This document shows, one piece after another, positions 37,300 to 48,699 of a DNA stretch of 64,000 nt. Source of the stretch: Fistulifera solaris (Eukaryota). The notes under the pieces were generated by a model that was not told the origin of the DNA, did not search any database, and was given only the letters and a program-made list of their open reading frames with translations. The translations under genes and the position numbers were made by a program. The first letter of the stretch is position 1. Each line of letters opens with the position of its first letter. The DNA is taken from positions 62,001 through 126,000 of the forward strand of contig AP026176.1 of the NCBI GenBank assembly GCA_030295235.1, in the 5' to 3' direction.

Positions 37300-37565
37300 T
37301 AGGATCGAAAGAACTGGTCCAGAATTTCTGGACCACAACAGAATTTCTGTATGACCGAAAAATGACCAATCCAGATTATCTTGGAACACCCACTTTCTTT
37401 TGTTCTGATCAAAACACGCTTTCCAAAATTACCGGACGGTGCATGACGTTTCGTCATTAAACAAAACACCGTCTCCCGGATTTCTGGAATGTGTTCAGCA
37501 GTTCGGAAGGATCGAAAAAGACTAATCCAGAATTTCTGGATAACAACAGAATTTCTGTATGACCG
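37300..37565 (-). repeat. Degenerate copy (~1.2 units) of the palindrome-rich family
   Basis: GGTCCAGAATTTCTGGACCACAACAGAATTTCTGTATGACCG at ~37316, and again ~211 bp later. Confidence 0.85.
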
Positions 37566-38396
37566 ATGTTTTTTGTACCAGAGTCTTGTAGATTCTACGT
37601 CAGCGTAGATATCGTTAATCGTTAGATCGTATGTACTGGATGTTTGGGCCGCAAATTCTTTACATCTTCTCCCCTATCGAATAAATTTTCTATTTCAACG
37701 TACAAGCAACGTACAAATGAGCAATCATTGAAGGGTGACTGGATGATCGCTGTGGAAAAAACAAATAATAATGCTCGATGACGCAACTCCCTAGAAAGAA
37801 CGATTCAGATTCATGAGTGGATTCAATCGTGTCAATGATACCTGGTAGTCAAATTTTTCCACGATTGTCCAGATTTTTCAACCAAAAAACGCGCGAACGA
37901 ACGGCAAATTTGTGGAGCCCTGCGGGCGCGCACGAGTCAAAAGAATGACGCGCGGACAAACTCACATACATTTTGCCAGGATGACCTCGCTTCCCGTTGT
38001 TTCGTATGAAACTGACGCAAGCCAAAAACTCTTTTTATCGACTATCGACCGCACGATTGCGCTTTCGGTCCAGTCCACGTGTCACGCTACTAAATAACCA
38101 AAGGGGCACTATCCATTACTCCTTCAACGGAAAAGTCACGCGGTAACAATATTCGTTTAATACTATACATTCTTCCCACCGAAACACCAAATTCGAGCGA
38201 AGTAACTTTGTGTTCGATCCTGTGAACTCTTTATTTACAGCGTTTCCGTGGATCCATTTTCGTCCTCTTCATTTTTATTTTTATTGTTTCTTCTCACTTT
38301 ATTATCACTCACTGACCAGCGAAGAGGAGGAGATCTTTCTCTCATAAAATCTCTGTTTTTGTTTTGAGAACGACAAGGCAAGCAAATAAATAAATA

Positions 38397-40080
38397 ATGC
38401 CGAGATTGACGCTGCCGTTCATGGTTGTGGCTCTTTGGGCCACTTCTGCCGTGGCCGACGACGATGGGGCGAACCGTCCGGCCGAGTACGATCGTTTCAA
38501 TTACGATACAACGGTCCGTGCGAACGATCACAACGACTATGGTCCCGAAGACTGGATTCGTGTGCGATGCCCCGACACTAAGACCTGCTTGGGATGGCCC
38601 GATTCCTTTGATGAGGGTATTGGATGGTCGTTCCCCGAGAACTCGTGTCGATGGTGCCCACAAGGCCGCGGTTGCGGAACGCATCATCAAAGTCCCATCA
38701 ATGTATATCGCGAAGTCGTGAACGAGAACGATCGATTGCACAATGTGTGCATTGATGGGCACTGGATGAAGTACTTTGATAGTACGTGCACTTGGGATGA
38801 ACTGGTGCGCAACAATGCCTTTTCGATCGAACGTCATACACTCAAGATTGCACAGCCGACCGAGCAGATGGCGGATGGATCTTTCCGTATCGGTTGCCAA
38901 AACGAGTTGGGTCGTCGTTGGGGCAAGATTGATTTCGCCAAGGGATTTTCGGATTGGTGGCATTTGAGCCACGTGGACTTGCACGTGCCATCGGAACACA
39001 CCCAAAACGGTAAGCGATACGATGGTGAAATTCAAATGTATCACTTTTATTCCGTCTCTGGAGAACAAGCCGGTGTCAACAATGAGGTAAGTACATATTT
39101 TTCATGATTCTTTCTGGTGAATTGCTGACTTGCTGGAAAATTGAAGTTGTATCTTACGTTTTGCGCTTCAAACCTTCACACTCTCACTCTCTCTCTCGCA
39201 GATGGGCACGGTGACTGTGTTTTTGCAAGTGTACGACAATGTCCCCGATTACGGTACACTGAATCGCGTCATTTGTCAATGGCGCAAGGTTGAAGATCAA
39301 ACCCGTGCCGCTTGTGGCTTGCCCAGTGTGGAAACGGACTATCCCGGATGTCATGTTTACACGCGAGGACGTGGCGTTTCGACGTCGTCTGGATTGCGTT
39401 CCTTGATCGAGACGAATACGACACTGGCTCCCAAGCCCAAGTCGGCGCACGACATTCTGATGCACAATTATTTGCATCCCGAAAATATTATGCCCATCAC
39501 CATGGACGAAGACGATTATAAAGACGAAGATGACTTTGATTGGGCCGCCTTTATTGCGGCACAATACGAGAATGATCGCCAAGTCCAGAATCGTCGTCAC
39601 TTGTTGAATTACGATCACGTCGGTACTTGGCACAATTACTGGCCACTGATTGATAGCCGGACGGAATACTACTATCGATACGGTGGTACACAAACGGTCC
39701 CACCCTGCTACGGTCGATTCGTTCTCGGCAACAATCGCGCCCAAACGAACAATTGGCGTGTCATGAAAGATCCGATTCGCATTTCGCAGCGCCAATTGAA
39801 CGAATTGCATCGTTTACTGCGCGAACGGATCGCACCGCCCGATGATCCTTTGGTGGCCTGTCAAGCCGATACGGCCGCCAAGGTCGATCCAGTCACCGGT
39901 TTTGTCGATGTCGCCCGTCCGTTGCAAAACAATGACAAGGCGCATCACATGGTGTATTGTGAATGTGAAAACTGGGGCAGTCAATGGGAAGAAGACAAGG
40001 AATATTGTCGCATCTTTCGCAATGACAAGAATGCTCGTTTGTTTCAGCATCCTTACAACTTTTATACCGAGGGCTTTTAA
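38397..40080 (+). CDS. Secreted alpha-carbonic anhydrase-like protein, copy 1
   Basis: Signal peptide; HQSPINV, LHVPSEHTQNGKRYDGEIQMYH, YYRYGGTQTVPPC, ARPLQ. Intron 39087-39201. Confidence 0.88.
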
Positions 40081-40675
40081 GAAGAGCTGCTGAAGATCTC
40101 GTGTGTTCGATGGCGTGCCTTAATCTATTTCCTCGGTTGGGACATGCTTTTTTTGGCTGGTTCGGTTTGTGGTTTGTGATTTTGTGAGACGGCTGGCGAA
40201 AAGATCGGGTCACGATTGATTTCCCTCTACTTATTACTATAGAATTGTCATGTGTCAGGTTTTTTCAAGTACTCTTTTCAATACTTGCATTGGCACTCTG
40301 GTTCCGAATGTTATCGTAGCCGTTATTTATTGTATGATATTTTTTTGCCTCTCTGTAAGTGAGTCCCCAATTTCCCTTTTTCAACGGAAATGAGCCCACT
40401 CTTTCGTGGCATATTCACAAAATTGTGTCGTCTTTGCCGCGATTGATTCCCTCCAACTCCGCCGTCCGCCAAAAGGGCGCGGAAGAAAAAAAAACTTTGC
40501 GTCTCTTTTGCGGGGCAGCTGCAATTGTCATTTTATTTTATTTTATTTTTTTGTGGTCTCGTGCTCTCTGGTTGTTGGTGAAAAAGAGTTCCGTCTGTTG
40601 AGACTACCGTCAATTCTCTCTCTTTTTCTTCTTTGTGCCTTTCCTACATCTCTACAGTTTCTTCAATTCATCAAA

Positions 40676-42349
40676 ATGCCCCGCATTGCTGTACGAGCCG
40701 CCCTCGCGGTCCTGCTCGCGACTTCGACCGTTGCCGACGACAGCTCGAATCGTCCGGCCGAGTATGATCGTTTCAATTACGAAACGACCGTTCGAGCAAA
40801 CGATCACAACGACTACGGCCCCGAAGACTGGATTCGTGTGCGCTGTCCCGACCCGAAGACGTGCCTGGGATGGCCCGATTCCTTTGACGAAGCCATCGGA
40901 TGGTCTTTCCCCGAAAACTCCTGTCAATGGTGCCCCGCCGGCCGCGGTTGCGGTGTGACGCATCATCAAAGTCCTATCAACGTCTATCGCGACGTGCAAA
41001 TTGAAGGTGATCCGTTGTATAATCCCTGCATTGATGGGCACTGGATGAAGTTCTTTGATAGTACGTGCACGATGGAAGAATTGCAGCGCAACAACGCGTT
41101 TACAATCGAACGACATGCGCTCAAGATTGCGCAGCCCACCGAGCAGTTGGCGGACGGATCCTTCCGTATCGGCTGTCAAAGTGAGTTGGGTCGTCGTTGG
41201 GGCAAGATCGATTTCGCCAAGGGGTTCTCGCAGTGGTGGCATTTGAGTCATACCGACCTGCATGTCCCCTCGGAGCATACACAGAACGGCAAACGATACG
41301 ATGGAGAGATTCAGTTGTATCACTTTTATTCTGTCTCTGGAGAAGAAGCCGGTGTGAATAATGAGGTAAGATGACTTTCTAGCTAGTTGGTGTCTTTCGT
41401 TCGATCATTATCAACGAGATTTCAGTGAATCTCAACGAATCTTTTTTTCATGATTACAACAGATGGGTACTGTCAGTTTCTTTTTGCAGTCGTACGATGA
41501 TACCCCCGATTACGACATGTTGAATCGCGTCATTTGTCAATGGCGTCGTGCGGAAGATCAAAATCGTGCCGCCTGTGGGTTGCCCAGTGTCGAAACCGAG
41601 TATCCTGGTTGCCACAGCTATTCTCGAGGAAATGCCGCTTCGACTACCGCCGGACGCAACTTGCGCACGACCGTCGACGCTAACGCGACACTTCTCGAGA
41701 AACCCCTGTCGGCACACGACATTATCATTCACAACTATCTCAATCCTACCGGTGAGCGCAAAACCATCACCATGAGTGAAGAGGACTACAAGGACGAAGA
41801 TGACTTTGACTGGGCCGCATTCATTGCGGATGTTTACGAAAACGAACGTCAGGTCCAGAATCGTCGTCATTTGAGAGACTACGACCACGTCGGTCCTTGG
41901 CACAACTACTGGCCTCTGATTGGAGTCAAGACAGAGTATTACTACCGATACAGTGGCTCACAAACGATCCCCCCGTGCTACGGTCGCTTCGTGGAAGGCA
42001 ACAATCGTGCCCAAACTAACAACTGGCGTGTCATGAAAGATCCCATCCGGATCTCCAAGAGACAGTTGGCCGAATTGCACCGCTTGTTGCGCGAGCGTAT
42101 CGCTCCCCCACGGATCCTCTCGTGGCCTGCCAACCAGATACGGCCGCGAAAGTAGATCCCACCACCAATTTTGTGGATGTGGCGCGGCCTTTGCAACAAG
42201 TCGAAAAGGCGCACCACATGGTGTATTGCGAATGCGAAAACTGGGGCAGTCAGTGGGAAGAAGACAAGGACTACTGTCGTATTTTCCGGGACGATCGCAA
42301 CGCACGTTACTTTCAACACCCGTACAACTTTTACACGGAAGGATTTTAA
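40676..42349 (+). CDS. Secreted alpha-carbonic anhydrase-like protein, copy 2 (tandem paralogue)
   Basis: Same motifs and same intron position (41366-41462); 1-bp loss in the C-run at ~42107. Confidence 0.88.
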
Positions 42350-42392
42350 ACAGTTAATGCACTAGAATCTCCTAATACACATCATGTAATTG

Positions 42393-42492
42393 ATTGCTAG
42401 TAAGCGAGCCATCGATTTGTCTCATGATTAATGATCGCTGTCAATTGCTAGTAAGCGAGCCATCGATTTGTCTCATGATTAATGATCGCTGT
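42393..42492. repeat. 51-bp direct tandem duplication in the 3' flank of CA copy 2
   Basis: ATTGCTAGTAAGCGAGCCATCGATTTGTCTCATGATTAATGATCGCTGT at 42393 and 42444. Confidence 0.9.
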
Positions 42493-43193
42493 GTTTATCA
42501 AGCGTCTTTGAATTGGTGAGTAATCGTGAGCTTTCACACATCGTGCATCTACAAGGAATTATTTGCCTACAGCGATGCAAATGACGCGCTGCTTTCGACT
42601 CGCGCCATTTAACTAGCGAGTACCCAGAGTATGGTCCGGAGATAAGATGATATAAAATCGTATCAAATGGGCTGTGCAACGTGCAACGTGCTTAGTACTA
42701 CACTGGAAATTGGAACGTGAATGGATTTGAAATTTAGACATTTTAGTCTCACTAGCTAGACCATAGTCTCTGTCTAGAGACGAAAAGTTAGCACAGATCA
42801 TGTTGTAATTTCCATGGAAATTATGGGGCTCCTGGATAGCTCAAACGGCCTCTTACTACTTTGTCTATCATCCCGTACCTAGTACCTAGCGCGTGGCGTG
42901 TTCGCTCTCCGACGATCGATATTTTTAGGCCTCGATAGGCCTCCCTAGCTCGAATCAGGCCATGGGCGTATTTCCAAATAGCCTTCATAACTTTATGGTG
43001 TTTCTCTGTACAGACAGATTTTGCTAGGTACTTGGCGCTTTCTCGTCAGAAAAAGCCTTGAAATCTTTAAAAAAGATTTGCTTGTTTTGACAACCAGAAA
43101 TAATTGGATCCTTCGACGCAAACAGCTTCTCCCTTTTTCATTTTCACGTTAACGCAAGATCTTTTGCAGTTTTTTACAGCCCCGAGTCCCAAC

Positions 43194-45109
43194 ATGAGCG
43201 ATTCCATCAATAAAAATTGCCGAGCCCTGACCGTGGACTTTGTACTTCGTGACGATGATCCGGAAATGGCGGCCGTCGAAGACGATATCCGCCGGGATCT
43301 GTTGAAACTCAACATTCAGGTCAACACGCGGATGTTGAATGCTTCCGATTACGGTGATGCGGAACGCAATGGAGATTTCAATCTGTTGTTCACGCGTACT
43401 TGGGGAGCACGTAAGTACCAAGATGATTGGTATGAGACTGTTGTGTCAAAGCAGCCTCACTTCTCACTGTTGTACTGTCAACCTTCTCCGTATCTTCTCC
43501 CCTCCTGTTCAATCTTCCTCATTACACGGATGATAACCAAAAGCTTACGATCCCCACACGTACTTGAATTCCTGGGCCATTCCGGCGCACGTCGAGTACG
43601 CGGCCTCGGCGCAAATGCACCCACCCCTCACCCGTGATGACTTTCTCGCCAAGGTCAAGAATGTGCAACGCGAATCCGATCCTTCCAAATTGCAACAGCA
43701 GTGGACCGAAATCCTCAACGACATTCATCAACAAGCCATCTTTTTTGCCCTTGTGGGGGACCCGTATCCCTTATGTCGTGAGTCGTCGTTTGACCGACTT
43801 TACCCCCAGTCCCCAAGCCTTTTCGTATCCTCTCGAATCGGTCCGCATTGTGGAAGGTTCCGCCAATGTCACCATTGCCCCCGGTGCCGGTGGTTCCTTG
43901 TTTGAATCGGTGGGACCGATGAATCCGCACCAATACTTTCCGAACCAACTCTTTGCGCAAGCGTGGTTGTACTGAAGGATTGGTCGCGTACGGACAAGAC
44001 GGAGAAATCTTACCGGCCTTGGCCACGCAGTGGTCGACGGAAGAAATCGAAGGGGGTGGTCAACGTGTGACGTTTGTGTTGCGCGACAATGTCACGTTCC
44101 ACGATGGAGCCGCCTGGAATTGTGCCGCCGCCAAGTTGAACTTTGATCACGTGTTATCGGACAGTGTGCGCGAACGTCACGGATACATGGGTTTGACGGC
44201 CATTCTCAAAAGTTGGTCGTGTACCGATGCCGGTGAATTTGTGTTGGAAACGAGTGAACCCTTCTATCCGTTGTTGCAAGAATTGACGTACATTCGTCCC
44301 TTGACGTTTGCGTCTCCCAACGCGTTTGCGCAAGGCCTCGATTCGCATCCGGATCAGCACAATTCGTGCAATCCGGGTGATTTTGGTTCCAGTTGGACGC
44401 ATTTGGAAGAAGAAGTAACGTGCGCGGGTCTCAAATACCCGGCGGGCACGGGACCGTTCATATCGTCTCTCGTGTCACCAACGACGATGGCAAAGATACG
44501 CAGGTGGTTTTTGCCCGTCATGACACGTATTGGGGGACCGTACCCGGCATTGAGAATTTGATCATTCAAGCGTACGACAGTACGGAAGACGTGGAAGCTG
44601 CTCTGTTGGACGGCACATTGGATATGGCGTTGGGCGTCGGACCTTTAACGGCGAAACAAGTACAAGCCTTGAAGTTTTCGCATTCCGACGTCTTGGATGT
44701 CCGTCATTCCGATGTCTTGCAGCATGCGTTAGTGGTGATGAATACCGGTAAATCTCCCACGGACGAGATTGCCGTCCGTCGCGCCATCACGCACGGCATT
44801 GACAAGAATACGTTCATTCAGAACGAATTTGCCGGCCTCGAACAGCCCGTCGCGCAGTTGTTGCCGTTCACGGCACCGTATTGCAACGTAGATTTGTCTC
44901 CGAAATGGAGTTATGATTTCGAAAAGGCCCAGTTGATCAATTGTCCTGTCGAAAGCGATAATAGTTTGAGCAGTGGAGCCATTGCCGGAATTGCCATTGG
45001 TGGATTGGCCTTTGTGGCTTTGTTGATCTTTGTAGTGCGGCTCGTGCAAGCGGAAAAGCAAGGCAAACCCGTCTTTGCTCCTTCGACGAAGGGAGAGAGT
45101 AATATGTAA
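43194..45109 (+). CDS. NikA-like family 5 solute-binding protein, circularly permuted, with C-terminal transmembrane helix
   Basis: Spliced FTRTWGAPYDPH (intron 43411-43543), later VGPMNPHQYFPNQLFAQAWLYEGLV, TFVLRDNVTFHDG, GTGPF, VRRAITHGID, then GAIAGIAIGGLAFVALLIFVV. Indels at ~43745, ~43972 and ~44460. Confidence 0.88.
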
Positions 45110-45235
45110 CTGTTGTTTTGTGAATGAATGGTACCGGTATAGTAAGAAAAGAATAACTAAACCATCATCGCATCATCATCGTTATATACTTTGTTTACAT
45201 TACTCCGAGTATTATATTTTGCCGCCGCAATCGCA

Positions 45236-45473
45236 CAGATTTTCTGGAAACGTGAAAACATCACACTTTCTGATTTTCTGGAAACGTGAAAACATCACAA
45301 TCCCAGATTTTCTGGAGACGTGAAAACATCACACTCCCTGATTTTGTGGAAACGTGAAAACATCACACTCCCTGATTTTCTGGACAAGTGAAAACCACAA
45401 TCACCCAGATTTTCTGGAAACGTGAAAACGTCACACTCCCAGATTTTCGGGACAGGTGAAAATATCACACGCA
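45236..45473 (+). repeat. 34-bp minisatellite, 7 copies (C[AT]GATTTTCTGGAAACGTGAAAACATCACACTCC)
   Basis: Units start at 45236, 45270, 45304, 45338, 45372, 45406 and ~45440. Dispersed copies at ~2235 and ~14402-14465, with weaker ones at ~14698 and ~33922. Confidence 0.93.
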
Positions 45474-45621
45474 CGTAATACTGGTATTACTGGTACGGTA
45501 TTAGCCCCACACACGGTCTTTTTTCAAATCGTCGTCGGCACACAAGTGTTGACGGGCGTCTATTCTTTTTCTTTTGTAGTCCTTGACAACACATGCACTA
45601 CAGAAAGAAATTTGCGGAACA

Positions 45622-48611
45622 ATGACTACAGATGGAGCCGCCGAAACGGCGCCTTTATCGAGTATGGCAGCGGCACTCTTCTTTGCCGTCATCGTCATGA
45701 CCTACGTGACTTTGACGACTTTGGCGGCTTTCTTTTCTGCCAATAATGAGTCCTCCTTGAGCACACTATATCAAACGGCGAATCATCCCCGCGCCCAACC
45801 GGTGCAATGGCGACAATTGTCGAGCCTTTATACTCTACTGCAACAGTTTTCAGTCCTCGGACTCATTCTCTTGTATGCGTATCTGTGTGAATATCATCCA
45901 CCACATCCGCATGGTGAAAAAGTCTACGATCGGGACCTGTTTTTCTTTTTGACGGCCTTGTTGTTGCTGGTATCGGCCTTTACGCACAAGTCGCATCGTC
46001 GGGCTTCGACAAGTAGTACTACTACTGCATCAACAACTACAACACTGCAATGGACCGAACGTCCCGTCGCGGCCGCCGAAGAAGCCACCGAGTTATTGAA
46101 TCGCGATCAAACGGAAGAATGGAAAGGATGGATGCAATTCATGTTCTTATTGTATCATTATTATCATGCGGAAGAAGTGTATAACAGTATTCGGGTCATG
46201 ATCACTTCGTACGTGTGGATGACCGGCTTTGGGAATGTTTCCTTCTTTTATTTGAAACAAGATTATTCCGCTCTGAGAGTCGTGCAAATGCTCTGGCGAT
46301 TGAACTTTTTGGTCGTCTTCTTGTGTTGGACGCAAGGGACCACATATATCTTGTATTACATTTGTCTCTTGCATACCTTCTTTTTTGGCATGGTCTATGT
46401 GACGATGCGCACCCAAGCGCATCTCAATTATACCAAATACGGAATTCGCATCAAATTCATGGTTCTCGCCTGCTTGATTTATTTGATTTGGGATCTCGAT
46501 CTCGGATTGTTTCAACTCTTGCACGGTTTGTTTTTGGGACAAACGCCCATGTTGGGCGCCACCGGCGGGCGCTCTGGGAATGGTATTTTCGTTCCACGCT
46601 CGATCATTGGAGTACCTTTTTTGGAATGATCTTTGCTCTCAATTTTCCTATCACGAGTTTGTTTTTTCGCAAACTCGAAGCCCAACCGTGGTATCTGGAA
46701 TGGTCGGCGAAGTTGACAATTTCCGTCGCATTATTGACCGCGACGTATTGGTGGATCACCCATCCCTTTGCGCACAACAAATTCGAATACAACCAAACGA
46801 ATGCGTACTTTGCGTGTATTCCGGTTTATACTTATATTTTCTTGAGAAATTTGACGCCCTGGCTCCGAGGCCATACGTTGGAATTGTTGCACCAAATTGG
46901 AAAGACGACCTTGGAAACGTACTTGATGCAGCATCATATCTGGTTGACCAGTAATGCCAAGACGTTGTTGATTCTGATACCGGGATGGCCGAAATGCAAC
47001 TTCTTGCTGGTCAGTGTCATTTATGTCGTGTTGTCGAGACGATTGTATACATTAACGCTCTTTTTGCGGGGAATGTTGTTACCGAATGATTGGAATCAGT
47101 GTCGGACGAATTTGATCGGATTGATGGGGGCCATGGGAGCATGTCATGCCATGGCGTGGATTTTGCAATTCATGGGTATGTTGAGTTTGACATCCGTAGC
47201 GGCAGTAGCGGCGGTCATCAGTGGCACTTTGTCCTATCAGATTGTGCGAGATACGTCACCCACGGCAACAAGTAGTATTCATCCCGTAGCGACGAAACCA
47301 TGGTTGGTCTCTTGTTTCACGGGATGGGTAGTTGTTTTGGTATTCGGACTTGTTTGGCACCATATGGCGCTGACTGGTGCGACCAAAGTACAGCCCTTGC
47401 CGGATGTATGCGCGTCGGAAGTTATCCGCGGAGATTGGATTAGCGTCAATTTGTGCAATGAGGAAACCCGCGGTGCCGCTTACCGCGATGAAGACATGGG
47501 ATCGTTAGGCGTGTGTCCGGCTACGCCTTCCGTGTGGGGTTGGACGCAATCGGATTATCCCGAATGCCGTATGGTCTCTCGCGATAAGGGTGCTTTACTA
47601 AATACTTTGAAGCATCGCCGGCTTGTGTTTGTCGGCGATTCCATGATCCGACATTTGTATTTTGCAATGGCTCGACAATTGGGTGATGCCAAGGCAGGAG
47701 CTTACAATACCACTTTGGATAAGTGGTCCGACTATGAAAACAAATACGGCTCAGTCGACCTGGAATTTAAATGGGCACCCTATGTGTACGATGTGACGGA
47801 GCAAGTCGCACAAGCATACTCGCGGAACGATATCGATATGCTGATTTTGGGTGGCGGAGCATGGGATCGGTTACATCATTTTCCCAATAGTCAGGCCGCG
47901 GTAGAAATGGAGAAGAATGTCACGAAATTGGTGTCGGCCGTAAAGAAGCAGAAACAGCACAGTGACATTCCCATAGTCTGGGTGACGCCGACGACTATTA
48001 ATGATTGGGCTTTAACGGATGATGCCAAACGTGCCCATCTTCCGGAATCCAACATGCAGCAATTGCGGAGCCTGTACCAGAAGCAAGGGATGGAAGACGC
48101 AGTCGACTGGACATTGCCAGGACCTGTCTTCACCCGCACCCGTGTTGCAGAGAGTTACGATGGGGTGCATTATCCTTTGCAAATATACCATGCTGGCGCA
48201 CAAATACTCTCGCAAACCTTTGATTGGCTGTTGCTGCCCCTTTCCCCAGAAAAAAATGATACTTTTACGCCGAAACGACCTGGTGAAATGTCCAATCCTT
48301 TTCTTGGTTTGTTGATGCTCTGTCTGGCTTTCATTGGTCTGTTTGGTTTTGACGGATTCCTTGGAGTCAGTTACCTGGTCTATTGTTGTGTCCCCAAGGT
48401 CATTCCGAAGCGGCTTTTTACCGAATCTTTTCGGCAGCTTCATCTTGCTGCAGGGTTACCGCCCATCGCCGAAGACGATGCAATGGATGACTTCCAAGTG
48501 GACAAAAGTAAGAGCAGTGACTATGTTGATGGCAACGAGGACTCGGACGAGGAAAGAGAAAAGTTTTACAGGACGATGTCAAAGATTTTGCTCAAAAAAA
48601 TGTCGAACTGA
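45622..48611 (+). CDS. Cas1p/RWA-family O-acetyltransferase membrane domain fused to a C-terminal SGNH/PC-esterase domain
   Basis: LNRDQTEEWKGWMQ, YVWMTGFG, WRLNF, EWYFRSTLDH, GKTTLETYLMQHHIW; then FVGDS and DGVH. 1-bp loss at ~46567. Confidence 0.9.
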
Positions 48612-48699
48612 CGATACGAACGATATAACATAACTCGGTATTTGCAAGCTCTTTGCAATGCTGAATTATCAAATAAATAAAATGAAGTTAGCTATGTTT

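Noticed and set aside
38235..41323. Long antisense ORFs over the CA genes (also 9..584, 11257..11769, 36200..36847)
   Set aside because: Shadow ORFs of real genes on the opposite strand, with no independent motifs.
45236..45473. CRISPR-like array (34-bp repeats next to a 'Cas1' gene)
   Set aside because: Units are head-to-tail with no unique spacers. The neighbour is the Cas1p capsule-synthesis acetyltransferase family, unrelated to CRISPR Cas1, and the host is eukaryotic.
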